DNA from: Bugula neritina
Lineage: Eukaryota; Animalia; Bryozoa
Direction: 5' to 3'
Assembly: GCA_964035545.1 (NCBI GenBank)
Contig: OZ037769.1
Coordinates: 16,336,633-16,400,632 of the forward strand
Length of the DNA: 64,000 nt
The notes under the pieces were generated by a model. That model was not told the origin of the DNA. It searched no databases and saw nothing but the letters and a program-made list of their open reading frames with translations. Shown here piece by piece: positions 48,046-61,823 of the stretch; within the stretch, counting starts at the first letter, position 1, and each line of letters opens with the position of its first letter. Both the position numbers and the translations under genes were made by a program.

Positions 48046-50247
48046 ATGGCAGAAGAAGACAATAAACTACCCATTCCAAGGGATGAAGAGGAGGAAGATG
48101 ACATTGTTACACCTGTAGACCCCGCAGTTTGGGATATGGTGAGAGTCGTTATAGGATTCGAGGAGACTATATATCGGCTGAAGATACCCACCTTTACAGG
48201 TAAAGAATCAGTAGAACAATTCATTCAAACTTTTCAAGACCTGAGGAATTTTGCACGATGGCCACCAAGAATGGCGCTGCTCAAGCTTAGGACAGCGTTG
48301 ACGGACAAGGCCAAGCCATACGGCGGGGGAACTGACACTGCCAGTATCTTTGCTTCTCTGCGGGCCCGTTTTGGCATCTCCGCCATGGACACGGAGCCAT
48401 CCACGGCTCCCGCACCCCGCGGGACGACGAAGAAGCCCCGAAGGAGAACTAGACCCAAGCCGCGCCGCCGGGGGCCACCCCGAGACGGACTCGATGAGCT
48501 GCCGACCTCAGAGACTGCGAGGAAGACGAAGACGCTGTACGAGGCGCCGTCTTCCCCTCCGCAGCTGGTCCACAGCCATCCTCTAACGGGAGAAGAGCCC
48601 ATAGCACATACCTGTACTATGACTGGCCACTCCCGGGGCACCATAGACCGCAAGGTAAACGGTGCCCACACCTCCAGGGAAGGAGTTGTAGAGAGCGCAC
48701 ACACGAGTGTCCCACCTGCCCGCAGCTCTAACCAGCTGACACGGAGCGGAAAGACCTCGGTGCCATGCCTCCAACCCCCCTCGGAGACGGTGAACCTGTC
48801 ACCTCCTACACTAAGCTGTACTCCCTCTGTTCAAGAAGGCGACAGCAGACCATCGCGGGAAACCGCAGTGAGAAGTCCCCAAGAGAGCCCGTCTCTAGGG
48901 CGGAGGACTGTCTCACCCCACACCCCGCACAGCCCGGGGAACCGTGGGCAGACACCAGACGGTTGTGTAGACAACGGGAAGCGCCAGGAGACGGCCACGT
49001 TGCTACACCAAACCGAGGCTGTACCCCACCTGGGAAACCCCAATTCACAGCTCCACGTAAGCTGTTGTCCCGGGGAGGCACCACTGGTGGCGGAGACTGC
49101 CCCTCTTCATCGTGCATTGCCACATAGAGGTTCGCCGCAGTCCAACCTAGGAGACGGGGATCCAACCCCACCTCCACAGAGGGCTGACATGCCCCCGGAG
49201 GTAACACAGGACCTCCGCGCCGAACCTGTTTCAACCGATGGCGTCAAGGGGCTACAATACCTTCAGGAAAATCTTCCGGGGGTGGTAGCCGACGTCTGTC
49301 GAGTGAAACGGGAAAGGCGACGACCCAGTGCCAAACAACAATTGAGACAGGAATGCGCCGAGTTACGGCTATCCTGTCGACGTTGGGATTCACTGTGGAT
49401 CGGGCCGATTGGTTTGCTGACCATGCTTGTGGCTGCCACGCTAGGACTACCCACTGGGGAGAAAATAGTCTACCCGACTGCCATACGCCGGAAGCTAGTA
49501 TGGGACACTCACAAGCAAGCTCTCGCAGGAGCTCAGGGAGTGCTCACCAAATTACAGCTCCGGTGGTATTGGCCCTACATGGAGTCGGAGATACGACGCA
49601 GAGCGAGACAGTGCGAAACCTGCCAGGCCAGCAAACATGGCCGTCCCCCTGACGAAGCGGGGCGGTGGAGCAAACATGTAGAGAGGCCCTGGCAGGTGGA
49701 GGCTGTCAACCTGGTCGGAAACATGTGTGGGACACCACAAAGAGGCGTGGTGAGGCGTGGAAGGCCACTTCCAGCTCAAGAAGTGTGTCAACCAGCTACT
49801 AAGCCACCACCACCACTTCTAGAACCATCCACAGGTTCAGAAGTGCAAAAACCCCCCGAGGGAGGGGCTCCATCCGGAGATACCAAGGAAACTACACCAC
49901 CAGAACAGCATCCTAAGCAAATCCCAGTGCACAGAAAGGACTTAGTACGTGACCGCATCATGTGCGGCAGGTGCAAAGATTCTACTGGGCACCGCATGGG
50001 AAAACGGGCGAACATCGACTTTTGCCTCGGCGGAATCACAAATGAGATTCCTACGCCGGAAGCAAAAATCCTAGTCACGTTGTACAACCACGCTGTTCAC
50101 TCTTTCCTTACACTGATGCAGCCACGAGTAGACGTACATAGAACAGTAACATTACCACCCTCATTCAAAATGTCTTACCATTCTGGATCGAGGGGTGAGT
50201 TAGTTATGTTTTTGGTACGAGAACTAAGCTACATCAGCCAGCTCTGA
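48046..50247 (+). CDS. Fused Gag N-terminus / Pol-remnant ORF of element 3 (no PR active site, RT, RH or IN core)
   Basis: LKIPTFTG..ARFGISA (Gag) joined in frame to the PR-RT linker and WDTHKQA..CETC (IN zinc finger) remnants. Confidence 0.75.
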   Translation: MAEEDNKLPIPRDEEEEDDIVTPVDPAVWDMVRVVIGFEETIYRLKIPTFTGKESVEQFIQTFQDLRNFARWPPRMALLKLRTALTDKAKPYGGGTDTASIFASLRARFGISAMDTEPSTAPAPRGTTKKPRRRTRPKPRRRGPPRDGLDELPTSETARKTKTLYEAPSSPPQLVHSHPLTGEEPIAHTCTMTGHSRGTIDRKVNGAHTSREGVVESAHTSVPPARSSNQLTRSGKTSVPCLQPPSETVNLSPPTLSCTPSVQEGDSRPSRETAVRSPQESPSLGRRTVSPHTPHSPGNRGQTPDGCVDNGKRQETATLLHQTEAVPHLGNPNSQLHVSCCPGEAPLVAETAPLHRALPHRGSPQSNLGDGDPTPPPQRADMPPEVTQDLRAEPVSTDGVKGLQYLQENLPGVVADVCRVKRERRRPSAKQQLRQECAELRLSCRRWDSLWIGPIGLLTMLVAATLGLPTGEKIVYPTAIRRKLVWDTHKQALAGAQGVLTKLQLRWYWPYMESEIRRRARQCETCQASKHGRPPDEAGRWSKHVERPWQVEAVNLVGNMCGTPQRGVVRRGRPLPAQEVCQPATKPPPPLLEPSTGSEVQKPPEGGAPSGDTKETTPPEQHPKQIPVHRKDLVRDRIMCGRCKDSTGHRMGKRANIDFCLGGITNEIPTPEAKILVTLYNHAVHSFLTLMQPRVDVHRTVTLPPSFKMSYHSGSRGELVMFLVRELSYISQL

Positions 50248-51307
50248 CTACACTAGTCAAAAGAGCTGGAGACTCGATAATGAAAAACAGTGGTGAGAAA
50301 TACATTTGACTTTGAGGCCTTAGTGGTTTACTATAGCGATGTATATTCTCGATCAACTATTCATTACTCGAGTCTCACGAGTGTTATAACTGAACAAATT
50401 ACTGGTCAGGCTGTATACGCCGGCAGTACTTCAGTATGATCAATATACTGTTGGATGTTTTCAGATTACACTCGAACGACCACCTCCAGGTCACAGGAGC
50501 AGCTACCCCTATCAATGGACGACGGACCGGAAGTGGACCGCGGACTGCCCGCGGTGCTCCACCAACGACACAGATGGGTGTCGCCAACGACGGAGAAGAA
50601 GATTGAGGAAGCCTGGGGGCCCCCGTCAGATCTGCGGAGTCTGTCACATGAGATGTCCCGCATACTGCGCTCTACGGTTACAAGTAGACGCACGCTTCCT
50701 CCTCCACTTCTGCCCGTGTGGATTCCACGACGTGTTCCCATACCCTGTCACACTACATAAGATGGATTGCTTTCCAGGAGAGAACCACGTAGTCGACGAA
50801 GACTGTTTCCCCGCATTCATAAATGCTATACGGCCCGTCCTCAAGAAGGCCATCACCCTAGCGGCACTAGACATAGGGTTCCAGCAACTACTCTTCACTG
50901 CCCGCCAACAATCCCCCTTAATCAGGAGTCCACCCACCGTCACCACAGACAACACGACACCCCCTGAAACGGAGTAGAGTGAACCTCCTCCACAACCCAA
51001 ACCCAGCCGACTGGCAACAGTCGAAGAACGGCTGCTACGACTCCAGGAAGAATTCACACAATTGGCCCCGGATCTGCTGAGTACCACCACAGGATTATAC
51101 CAGCTGAAAGACTCCGTGGGGCGCCTAAAGAGGAGACTGCGTGCACGTCAAGCACGACACAGGTCCCAATCGCTGCAACAGAGAGGACTGGTCTGCGGAT
51201 TCCTGACTCCCTGTCTTAGACGGAGCGCCACGTCGTATCATATAACATGCCGCGTCCCGCTGGCTCTTGATCCGTGCAACAATCCGACACCACTACATCC
51301 TCTGTAG
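50170..51307 (+). pseudogene. Disrupted copy of the spliced zinc-finger/coiled-coil accessory gene in element 3
   Basis: join(50170-50194, 50465-...): MSYHSGSR-D-YTR..DDGPEVD..EEAWG; frameshift near 50620; in-frame TAG at 50975-77; then RLATVEERLLRLQEE..SVGRLKRRLRARQARHR as in element 2. Confidence 0.75.
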
Positions 51308-52929
51308 CTGACAATAAGCCACATCCCGTCGGCTGTCAACCTGTGTGCCTATCCACGGGTACTTCTCTCTCTATGGCTGACCAGCTGTGTGCTAACTCTT
51401 ATATACATATATTATTCTTGTAATGATATTTCTCTTCTTTCTCTTTGTGAGTTTAGTTTGTGTATACATATTATTATCGTGCTTGTCTTTTTAATATTGT
51501 ATTTTGTTATCAGAAAACGGGGGCTTTCTGCTGGGGGGGCGGTGTAATGGGACACGCAATCTAATAATATGGGTTGTTTCCCCTAATCACTATGTGGAAT
51601 ACTTATCGCAATCATACGTCGTCCAATGAGGAGAACCGGAAGGCTAGCTTCCTGTAATGTGACTTGTTCCCGGGTTTATTAAAATTTATCTAGTTAGTCG
51701 TGTGCGTACTCTTGTGCTGTAAACATGTATTAGTAGTTGACTGATGTTAGCACGTATTATTGTAATGTTTGTCTCATTGTTCATTGTACTAAATATAAGT
51801 AATTACTCGCCAGCTACCCTAGTAATTGCTAATACTTGCCAATACTGAATACCTCGGGAAATCCACACGCTAACTCTTGTGTAACCCGCAACAGTATCAT
51901 GAATGAATCTAGGCATGGACAGTATTCTAGTTGGTTTTTGTGCTTCCGTTCTGTTTTTGATGTTTGTGCTTTCAGAGTATTCCGATGGCTGAAGCTACAG
52001 CTGAGCAGATAGAATGTGGATTCTGTGTAACCAGACTAGAAGATCTAGAAGATTCCAGATCTCTGCCTTGTTCTCATGTACACTGTTTAAGATGTCTGCT
52101 GGGGAACTTTGAGGTCAATAAGATAGTGAGATGTCCCTTCTGCAGGTATCACCTTCCTTCGAGATATTCTCAGTTTCAGTTTTGTTTACTCATCATTGTG
52201 AGTTCTACTATATTATTGTGTGTTATATTCTCTACTGAGTGAGATGTATTGTATACTGTGATGAGTTAGTAACTACTTTACTGTATTGTATAGGGAAGTA
52301 TTTGATGTTGACATTTACTCTCTTCCTACCTCCAACACCAGAGAAGCTCCATCTCTGTACTGTGATAGTTGTACCAGGAAAGGAGTGAATAATCAGCCAG
52401 CTGTTATTTACTGTAAAACTTGTTCTACTAAACTGTGTGCTAAACACAGAGAGGTGAGTTGACAGTCTTAGTGTCTAGACATCAATGTGAATGTCAAGGC
52501 TACAAAATTTAACTAAATAGTTTTATATTATTCAATATGCTTCGGCTTGAGTTCTGACTTTAAAGTTGTGTTTTGTCCTTCATATGGCGCAGTTTCATGA
52601 TGAGGCCCTTGAAGGCCACCCTATGATCACCATGACTGACTACAGAGCGCAGGCTAGTAAACTAGAACCTAGACTATGTACTAAACACACGGAAGTCTCA
52701 TACAGTCTGGGGTGTAGAAGTTGCCTCGATCTGTTTTGTGCGGAATGTGTTGGTGCTTTGGATAAATGTGCAGATGGTAAGCATAGTGATTTAAAATTTG
52801 AAAGTATGCTTTTTGTTGTAAAAAAAGCACAATTTTGCTATATGAATAAAGGTGTCACTATAAGGTGCCTGAATAAAACTGTGTCAGTTTATACAAGTTG
52901 TATAATATTTTCTTTGATATATAAGCTCT

Positions 52930-53124
52930 GTTAGAGTGTTTGCCTAGTAAACCGAGGCCATGGGGACGAGCCCTGACAAAGGTATTGGCGATGTTAGGAT
53001 GAGCATCCAGTCATAATTACTCTTGTGCCCCATTTAAAGAAGTCTTTGGCCCGCTTTAACGAAAACCCTTTCTATCAGGGGTTTCTCACAGGGACAGTGA
53101 CTATAAACTCGCTCAAGTTTTTTC
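52930..53124 (+). mobile_element. tRNA-derived SINE, copy 4, in intron 3 of TRIM copy 3 (absent in copy 2)
   Basis: gttagagtgtttgcctagtaaac..GATGTTAGGATGAGCATCCAGTCATAATT..TTTCTCACAGGGACAGTGACTATAAACT. Confidence 0.75.
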
Positions 53125-55335
53125 ATTATTTAAGTATAATTATGCCATAAGTTATGCTGTTAGGTATTGTTATCAGTTACAAATATAATCAATAGATATT
53201 TGCTTTCATAGGTTCATCTCATAAACTGATGTCACTGAAAGAGTTGGTAACTGAACTCTCCAAAGAGGTGGATGGGATGAGATCAGAAATACTGGACAGA
53301 GAAGATAAACTCTCAGATTTACTGAAACACATGACTGGAGTATTGTGTGATTATGATAGTGAGACTGGAGAGATGATAGAGACACTCTACAGAACACGTG
53401 ATGAACAGGTCATATTATATACTCTGTACTGTTATATGTTAGTTGAATATCACTGTAGTCACTAGTTTGTAAGTCAAGATATAAATAAACTAGTAGAATC
53501 TATTTATAGATTGAGAGTATTCAACAGAAGTATAAGAAGTTGGAAGAAGAGTTGATAGAATTGAGAAGAAATACTAAATTAGAGTTGGAGAGATTCACTG
53601 AACAGGATGTTGGAGTGAAGTTGTCTGATCTGAATAGACATAGACTTCAGATTGAGGCCGGACATAAACACAATCACCAGGTCTGTGGTTTACTAGTTCC
53701 ATGATATTAGTATTTAGTTCTGTTTGATTTTGATGAAGGGATATTTTTATTCAGTTTCAAGAAAGTATATATCTTCAGGTGGACATTATAAACAGACATG
53801 GGGAGACAATCAACCAGATTAAAGAGTTGTTATCAGGGAACCTTCCAACTCTGAAACTATCCGATATGGCTACTCTAGAGGTCAAAGGTTAGACTTAATT
53901 ATTTTGCGAAATGGAAATTGTTAAAATCAGTCCACATTTGGATTGGTTCATCAAAAAGGCAATTTTTTTATTTGTTTTGAATGTTGAATTTATACCACTG
54001 TAAACCATCCATTATCAAATACATAGTGATGCTTGCAGATTATATAAAATATCACAGAATATGATTGTGTGAGATGTACTGGCACATGTTAGCACCTGTT
54101 CCTTACAAATCTGTGTTCTGTAAACTATAGCAATATGTTCTACAACTGTGAATCTGTGTCTAATATAAGTGGTGCGGAAGAACTTGGAGTAGTAAATAAT
54201 ATTAGACTAATTTTATACCCCAGCAGCACCTCTCTGGTAGCTCTCTGTTGCTCTGTCAGAATTGTTCGAATTGTGAAAATTTGATTTTTGTTTTGAGAGA
54301 GTGAAATACCGCAATAAGAAATTTGTTCAGTAAACAGGTTTGCTAGTCATATCATGATTTCTATAACTTTGCTAAAATTTTTTGCTATTAGGTGGTAAGT
54401 TTTAGTTTTGCTTTTAGAATTTGGAGTTGTATTACCAACTATTATTATGGACCTGTGAAAAGAAGTTGTATTTTCATGTAAAAATGTAGTTTTCAGAGTC
54501 ACTTTGAATAGGGTTGGTGCTAATTGTGTTTGTTGAAGTAAATTATATTAAACATGAAAAACAATGATATTAAAAAAATTCAATGGCTAGCATTTGCTGA
54601 TGAAAACCTTTTTTTTATTGTAGGTGAGAGGAGAGAAGTAGAAGTAGAAGTTGTCACCTCAAAAAGTGTGTCAATAGACTTGGAACATGAACTGACAACT
54701 CCTGATACTCTACCTACACAGTTGTCTCTCCTGCATACAGTTTCTGTGTCTAGTGACTGTACTTCAGTCTGTAGCTATGAGGGAAACACTTATGTTGGGT
54801 TATGGGGTAGAGTAGATATAATAGATGAGAATAACCAACTCAGTAGGGAGTTTGAAGGAGTAGGTAACTATGTACTCAGTGTAGCTGTATACAAGGACAG
54901 ACTATACTTTAGTAGATGGTAACCCTTACAGAGTCACAGTACATGATCTGACAGGGAAACTCATCACTAACTGGAGTCATACTAATGACGGGAGTGGGCT
55001 TAGTAAACTAGCAGTTGTTAGTGACCAGGTTGTTATACCAGACAGACGGAGCATGAGACTAACAGTATACTCTCTTACAGGGGAGGTAATTAAACACATT
55101 CAGTGTCCTCTACTCAGTCCTAGCCATGTATCAATGTGTGCCGTAGACAATCTCTCTGTTGTTGTGTCTCATTATGAAACTTCTAAAGTGTTTAAAGTGA
55201 ATATTCCAAGTGGAGAAGTTGAATGGACACCACAAGATGTACCCAACCCTGAAGGTGTAACATACCACGGAGGGAGAGTGTTTGTTACTAACCACAGTAA
55301 TACCACCAGAGTCTGGATACTGGATGTGAATACAG

Positions 55336-55571
55336 GTTAGATTATATACTTACTAATCTACATTATATACTTACTAATCTACATTATATACGTACTAATC
55401 TATATTATATACTTACTAATCTATATTATATACTTACTAATCTACATTATATACTTACTAATCTACATTATATACTTACTAATCTATATTATATACTTAC
55501 TAGTCTACATTATATACTTACTAATCTACGTTATATACTTACTAATATACATTATATATTCATATATTCAG
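55336..55571 (+). repeat. 21-bp minisatellite last intron of TRIM copy 3
   Basis: About 10 units. Confidence 0.95.
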
Positions 55572-56054
55572 GTAAACTGCTGACAGAGATCTCAGATGCT
55601 GCTATAAGAACTAACTCTCATGTATATGATCTGCACGTGACAGGAAATACTCTGATAGTCCCGAGATACAATGAACATAAAGTACTGTTCTACCAAATAG
55701 ACTGAACAGTCTGCTCTACTTTCTACTTGTCTGTCAATAGACAGGGAATTGGAATCTTGAACATTAAATGACATTGAAGCTGAATTAACATAAAATGTAC
55801 TGATATTATCTTTATGCAATTCACTGCATGTATAACTTTTCTATTTATTAAATTATTTTATAACATTTTCTTATAATTACGTTTTCAATAATTTTGTTTT
55901 GCTGGATTTAGCCACAGTTAACACTAAACTTGGTAAAGTGTTATGTTATAATATTATGTTAAAATATGTTAATTTACTTATACAAAGTTTATAATTCCTA
56001 ATTTGCTACAAAATTTCTAAATATATTAGAAACGAAGTGTGCATCAATTTTGTG

Positions 56055-57558
56055 AGTTAGTATTGTATTGTAGAGTTACTATTGTATGGTAGAGTTAGTA
56101 TTGTGTGGTAGAGTTAGTATTGTATGGTAGAGTTAGTATTGTATGGTACAGTTAGTATTGTATGGTATAGTTAGTATTGTATGGTACAGTTAGTATTGTA
56201 TGGTAGATTTAGTATTGTGTGGTAGAGTTAGTATCGTATGGTAGAGTTGGTATTGTATGGTAGAGTTGGTATTGTATGGTAGAGTTAGTATTGTATGGTA
56301 GAGCTGGTATTGTATGGTAGAGTTAGTATTGTATGGTAAAGTTAGTATTGTATGGTAGAGTTAGTATTGTATTGTAGAGTTAGTATTGTATGGTAGAGTT
56401 AGTATTGTATGGTAGAGTTAGTATTGTATGGTAGAGTTAGTATTGTATGGTAGAGTTAGTATTGTATGGTAGAGTTAGTATTGTATGGTAGAGTTAGTAT
56501 TGTATGGTAGAGTTAGTATTGTATGGTAGAGTTAGTATTGTATGGTAGAGTTAGTATTGTATGGTATAGTTAGTATTGTATGGTACAGTTAGTATTGTAT
56601 GGTAGATTTAGTATTGTGTGGTAGAGTTAGTATCGTATGGTAGAGTTAGTATTGTATGGTAGAGTTAGTATTGTATGGTAGAGTTAGTATTGTATGGTAG
56701 AGTTAGTATTGTATGGTAGAGTTAGTATTGTATGGTATAGTTAGTATTGTATGGTACAGTTAGTATTGTATGGTAGATTTAGTATTGTGTGGTAGAGTTA
56801 GTATCGTATGGTAGAGCTGGTATTGTATGGTAGAGTTAGTATTGTATGGTAAAGTTAGTATTGTATGGTAGAGTTAGTATTGTATTGTAGAGTTAGTATT
56901 GTATGGTAGAGTTAGTATTGTGTGGTAGAGTTAGTATTGTATGGTAGAGTTAGTATTGTATGATAGAGTTAGTATTGTATGGTAGAGTTAGTATTGTATG
57001 GTAGAGTTAGTATTGTATGGTAGAGTTAGTATTGTATGGTATAGTTAGTATTGTATGGTACAGTTAGTATTGTATGGTAGATTTAGTATTGTGTGGTAGA
57101 GTTAGTATCGTATGGTAGAGTTGGTATTGTATGGTAGAGTTAGTATTGTATGGTATAGTTAGTATTGTATGGTAGAGCTGGTATTGTATGGTAGAGTTAG
57201 TATCGTATTGTAGAGTTAGTATTGTGTGATAGAGTTAGTATTGTATGGTAGAGATAGTATTGTATGGTAGAGTTAGTATTGTATGGTAGAGTTAGTATTG
57301 TATGGTAGAGTTAGTATTGTATGGTAGAGTTAGTATTGTATGGTAGAGTTAGTATTGTATGGTAGAGTTAGTATTGTATGGTATAGTTAGTATTGTATGG
57401 TAGAGTTGGTATTGTATGGTAGAGTTAGTATTGTATGGTAGAGCTGGTATTGTATGGTAGAGTTAGTATTGTATCGTAAAGTTAGTATTGTATGGTAGAG
57501 TTAGTATTGTATGGTAGAGTTAGTATTGTATGGTAGAGTTAGTATTGTATGGTAGAGT
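56055..57558. repeat. 20-bp minisatellite downstream of TRIM copy 3
   Basis: gtagagttagtattgtatg-type units over about 1.5 kb. Confidence 0.97.
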
Positions 57559-57848
57559 CATTAAAAACTAAATATTATTCAACCAAATCAGTTAAAATAT
57601 AATTTACATGTACAGACAACTCCCAAGCAGTAGTGCATTTCCATGTTTCCAGTGTGTTCAACGCAAAGTTGTGAAGACATCGTGTGTTGAGTTAATTTCT
57701 TCTGTGTATGTAAAGCGCGTAGTTCTCTTATGTCCACCCTCTATAATACCTGTACACTAGTGTAAGATCTCAAGCTAAAAGTTTGAAACATGCAGCAGTA
57801 TAATATACACAATGAGCTCTACTTATTAGTATGTAACAACACTATACT

Positions 57849-59609
57849 CAGGGATGTAGTGGCAAAAATATTCTTGGCCATACTCCCAGGCCGGGGGTCC
57901 AGGGGGCTGCCTAGGCCCCCGGCGGGGTCCGGGGCAGCGCCCCGGCCGCCGAAGCCCTTCTGATGCAAATTTATGCAATTCAAAGCCATTGTGAATTATA
58001 ATTCTTCTGAAAAAATCTGTGTTGAAATGTGCACCTTGCTATTATTTTCATGCCATACCAGCTACACGACGTCTGTGCATTGCTGCAAACTATATAAATA
58101 TTCAGTATTGTGCCATACCTGTTGACTGTAATTTTAAATGTAGTCTTACTCAACTGACACTAAGTCCAACCTGTACAGAAATATTGCTGAAGATCTCAAA
58201 AAGATGGAAGGATAGAGGCAGGTAACAAGTGCTCTCCAAATGCAACCTGATTACTTCAAATATTTAATACACTGACGTGGACAGAAAAAGAATTATATAT
58301 CAGAACAGAGGAAGATTGCAAATCAGAAAAAGCAATTTGAATTGATATCTCATTGGCAAGCAGAAATTGGTAGAAAACCTATTTGGAGTTTATTAGAGCA
58401 CTTATAGTCTAATCCATAAGTAGATACCACCACACCTCCTTGCACACAATAAAACACACCAAAGAAGAGTATGTTAACTTGGTTTTAAAGTAAAACCCCT
58501 GAGCTTCCACTAGACACATCAAAGAAATATACCCCAAAAGAACAAATTTGACAGGTTTAATATGTGTTAGCCTAGATTCTAGAAGATGATTAAATGTAAA
58601 GCCAGACGTTAGTACAACCAAACATAAAAGTTTATTTATGGCGGTGTACAGTTTGCAAAAAAAATCATTAACATGAACATGCAATAACGCTGCTAGGTTT
58701 TTGACCAAAATGTGGATATAGTACCTGTAGACCTCAGTGATAAATTTTCATTAACCTCTCCTACACACCTGGTACTGCTTCCTGAAGACATTTTGATTTT
58801 ATTTCTGGATTTCATGTTGGTTTTTTTCCAAATTTCATTGCTTATTGACAAAATGCAAGTCCACACAAGATAGCTAAGGGCAACTTTCTAGCTGTCACTG
58901 CCTTGCTGAGGCCACATTATTAGTATATTATAAGAATTCAGTCCTGCCAAATAAAACCGTATACTTAATTGTGCTAGAATTAAAATTTAAAAACTATGTT
59001 TTAGATCTTCCTCAGAGCACCTGCATTTTCAAGTTTTCAATTTTTTTATTGCAAAGTTATAGAGAAAAATCTACTCATTTTTAGCCAATTTTACTTGAAA
59101 AGTTTATTTTTCAATCCCTGCCAAATATCTCAGCAGGAAAGCATGGTATTCGAATAGAACAAACACTGTCGGAAACCTGAGAAATTTATGCATAGCACTT
59201 TTTTATCTTTTCAATAGCCTTCATAGATTTTCTACAAATTAGTGATTTATACACTGAAAATGAAAAATTTTTCCTTAGTAATCACCAATGCACAGCACTT
59301 CGCGCTTCAATGGACATGGAGAGATGAGAAGATGGAATGTTGATCGCTGCTTATTATTCACAGTGTAATCTCAGGCTAAGCAATCACAAGTAGGCAACAC
59401 GCATGCCACCCACATAGCATTAACATAACAAGAACCTAAACTAGATTGTGAGCGAAATTTATGATAATATTCTCAGTGAGGATGCCCTAACTATCCTATG
59501 CACTAATCATCTTTCAAAAATATGCCCATACGGGCGTGTGGCCAAGAACAGCCTATTTTCTTCTAGGCCATACGGCGTATGGGACCGTATGGGTACCACT
59601 ACATCCCTG
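57849..59609 (-). mobile_element. Non-autonomous hAT-like DNA transposon, copy 3 (inverted, no TSD)
   Basis: Same TIRs and body in reverse orientation; flanks actatact / gtatctac do not match. Confidence 0.9.
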
Positions 59610-60111
59610 GTATCTACTATAAATAGCAACAAATAGCCTTACTCAACCTGCCCACCCTGTAACAGCTGACCAGGTAATACTTGCTGACTGCCAAGTATTA
59701 CTTGTCACGAGTCATTTAAGTCATCATTATATTTTCTTAGTTAAAATACTTTTGTATATAGTCTCTGATATTTGAACCTTATCACAGAATGTTGTTCTTA
59801 TACAATCATCAGTATACTTATTATGTGCTTATAATCTTGTCTAGCTTTTTGTGATTCACCCTTCAAACCAATAAAATATCCCCTAACAAAGCTCAGCACC
59901 AATTAAATAGCTGCATACACATTCTCAGAGCAGAAATGCTAGTAACAAGGGAGGTGAGGCTAAACTGAGACTAATTAATGAACTATCATTACTCCCATCA
60001 AGTGATGGCAATATTTATGTTTGCTACTGTTTAATATTGACCTCTCATAGTGGTCAACTGAAAACAATTGGGTTATCAATCTAAAGAAGTGAAGACACCT
60101 TCACCAGACTT

Positions 60112-60341
60112 GTAAAAAAAACTCACGCAAGTTTATAGTCACCATCCCTGTGAGAAACCCCTGATGGAAGGGTTTTTGTTAAAGCGGGCTAAGGACTTAT
60201 TCAGATGTGGCACAGGAGCAATTATGACTGGATGCTCTTCCTAACATCACCATGCAATGGCTTTTACTGCACGGGTTGGTACCCATGACCTCGTATCCAC
60301 TAAGCAAACACTCTAATTCCCATAGACCACGGCTGCTCCTT
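60112..60341 (-). mobile_element. tRNA-derived SINE, copy 5 (paralogous position to copy 3)
   Basis: Reverse-complement SINE body; head ends gaccacggctgctcc. Confidence 0.75.
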
Positions 60342-61103
60342 TCCTTTATGAGACTTATAATAAAATACAACTCTAGCAAATATTTTTTAATCAAATGAAA
60401 AGCTTTTTGAGTTCAGAAACACAAGGTCAACTTGCTGACGAGTGTTTGAAAATAGAATTTGTTATAAGTTACAATATTGGATATAAAGTATTGCTTATTC
60501 TCACAACAAACCACCACACCTTATATTTATGGATACACTAGATAATTGTAGCTAAACTTTATTCTCTCTCTCTTGCATAATTTAAGAAGAAACCGATATT
60601 AGAAAATAATTGGCAAGCAAACTGAAAATGATGAGTTTGAATTTTTGAATAAAAAGTCAGGAATTATTACAAATTTACTTCATGTAGAGACAAGAGCTCA
60701 TAGTTAGCTTGATATCTTCTAGTAGTTCAGTTCCATAATATATCTGCTCAAGAGAGGAGGGGGGGGGGGTTCAGCAAACCCTCACTCTGTGTGTATAATT
60801 CAACATTATAGCTTGCTGCAATAACAAAAAAGCGCTGCAGTAGCAAAATGCATTGCTTTTACATAATATTATATAGAGAATACTCAAAGCGCAACTATAT
60901 AATTATATTAGAAATAGCATATCGTGATATTATACAAGATAATTCAAATCATTTACAATAATTATTGTTTTGGATAGGATATGTAATGTATATTCAATTA
61001 TATGATTAGAACAGATGCAACTTGAAAACATACTTTAAACTTTTAATAAAACAAAGAATTTTAAGAATTTAATATATTGTCTCCCACTGTAACAATTTAT
61101 CTA

Positions 61104-61136
<33 letters not shown>

Positions 61137-61823
61137 CCACTACTTGACTTCAAATTGCAGGCTAGGCGTGCTAAATAATCTTCAAATTTTAGTGTTAGAC
61201 ACCAAAACAAATTATCAATATTGTCTGTTTATTGCAAACCCTTGATTATTTACACATTCAACAAGAGATAGACAATAATGAAACAAGGAAATGACAACCT
61301 CGGTACTGTGAGGTAACATCATCTATATTAATCACACTGAGTCAGTATAGAATTAGATAGTTAATTACAACTGAGTATTAGTTCATGTGGCAGTGTTTAC
61401 GGTATACTTGTAACACATACAGAGTATAATATAGAGAGAGCTTCTAAGGATATATTTAGTGCTATTTGTAAATACATGTGTGAGATATACAATACTGATG
61501 GGTGTAATTAGTAGTAGTAGATGTGATATATTCAGTATAGTGTTGTTACATACTAATAAGTAGAGCTCATTGTGTATATTATACTGCTGCATGTTTCAAA
61601 CTTTTAGCTTGAGATCTTACACTAGTGTACAGGTATTATAGAGGGTGGACATAAGAGAACTACGCGCTTTACATACACAGAAGAAATTAACTCAACACAC
61701 GATGTCTTCACAACTTTGCGTTGAACACACTGGAAACATGGAAATGCACTACTGCTTGGGAGTTGTCTGTACATGTAAATTATATTTTAACTGATTTGGT
61801 TGAATAATATTTAGTTTTTAATG

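Larger units (their letters stand above)
47661..51893 (+). mobile_element. Ty3/Gypsy LTR element 3, non-autonomous relative of element 2
   Basis: 351-bp LTRs 47661-48011 and 51543-51893 (4 mismatches seen); TSD GTAT at 47657-60 and 51894-97; tRNA-Leu PBS at 48013; PPT at 51533-42. Confidence 0.96.
51985..55705 (+). pseudogene. TRIM-NHL-like gene copy 3, 2-nt frameshift in the propeller exon
   Basis: Exons 51985-52145, 52294-52453, 52593-52776, 53212-53408, 53510-53680, 53779-53887, 54624-55335 (712 nt), 55572-55705. gacagact--atac near 54904 versus gacagactgtatac in copies 1 and 2 gives a stop at 54920-22. Confidence 0.85.
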
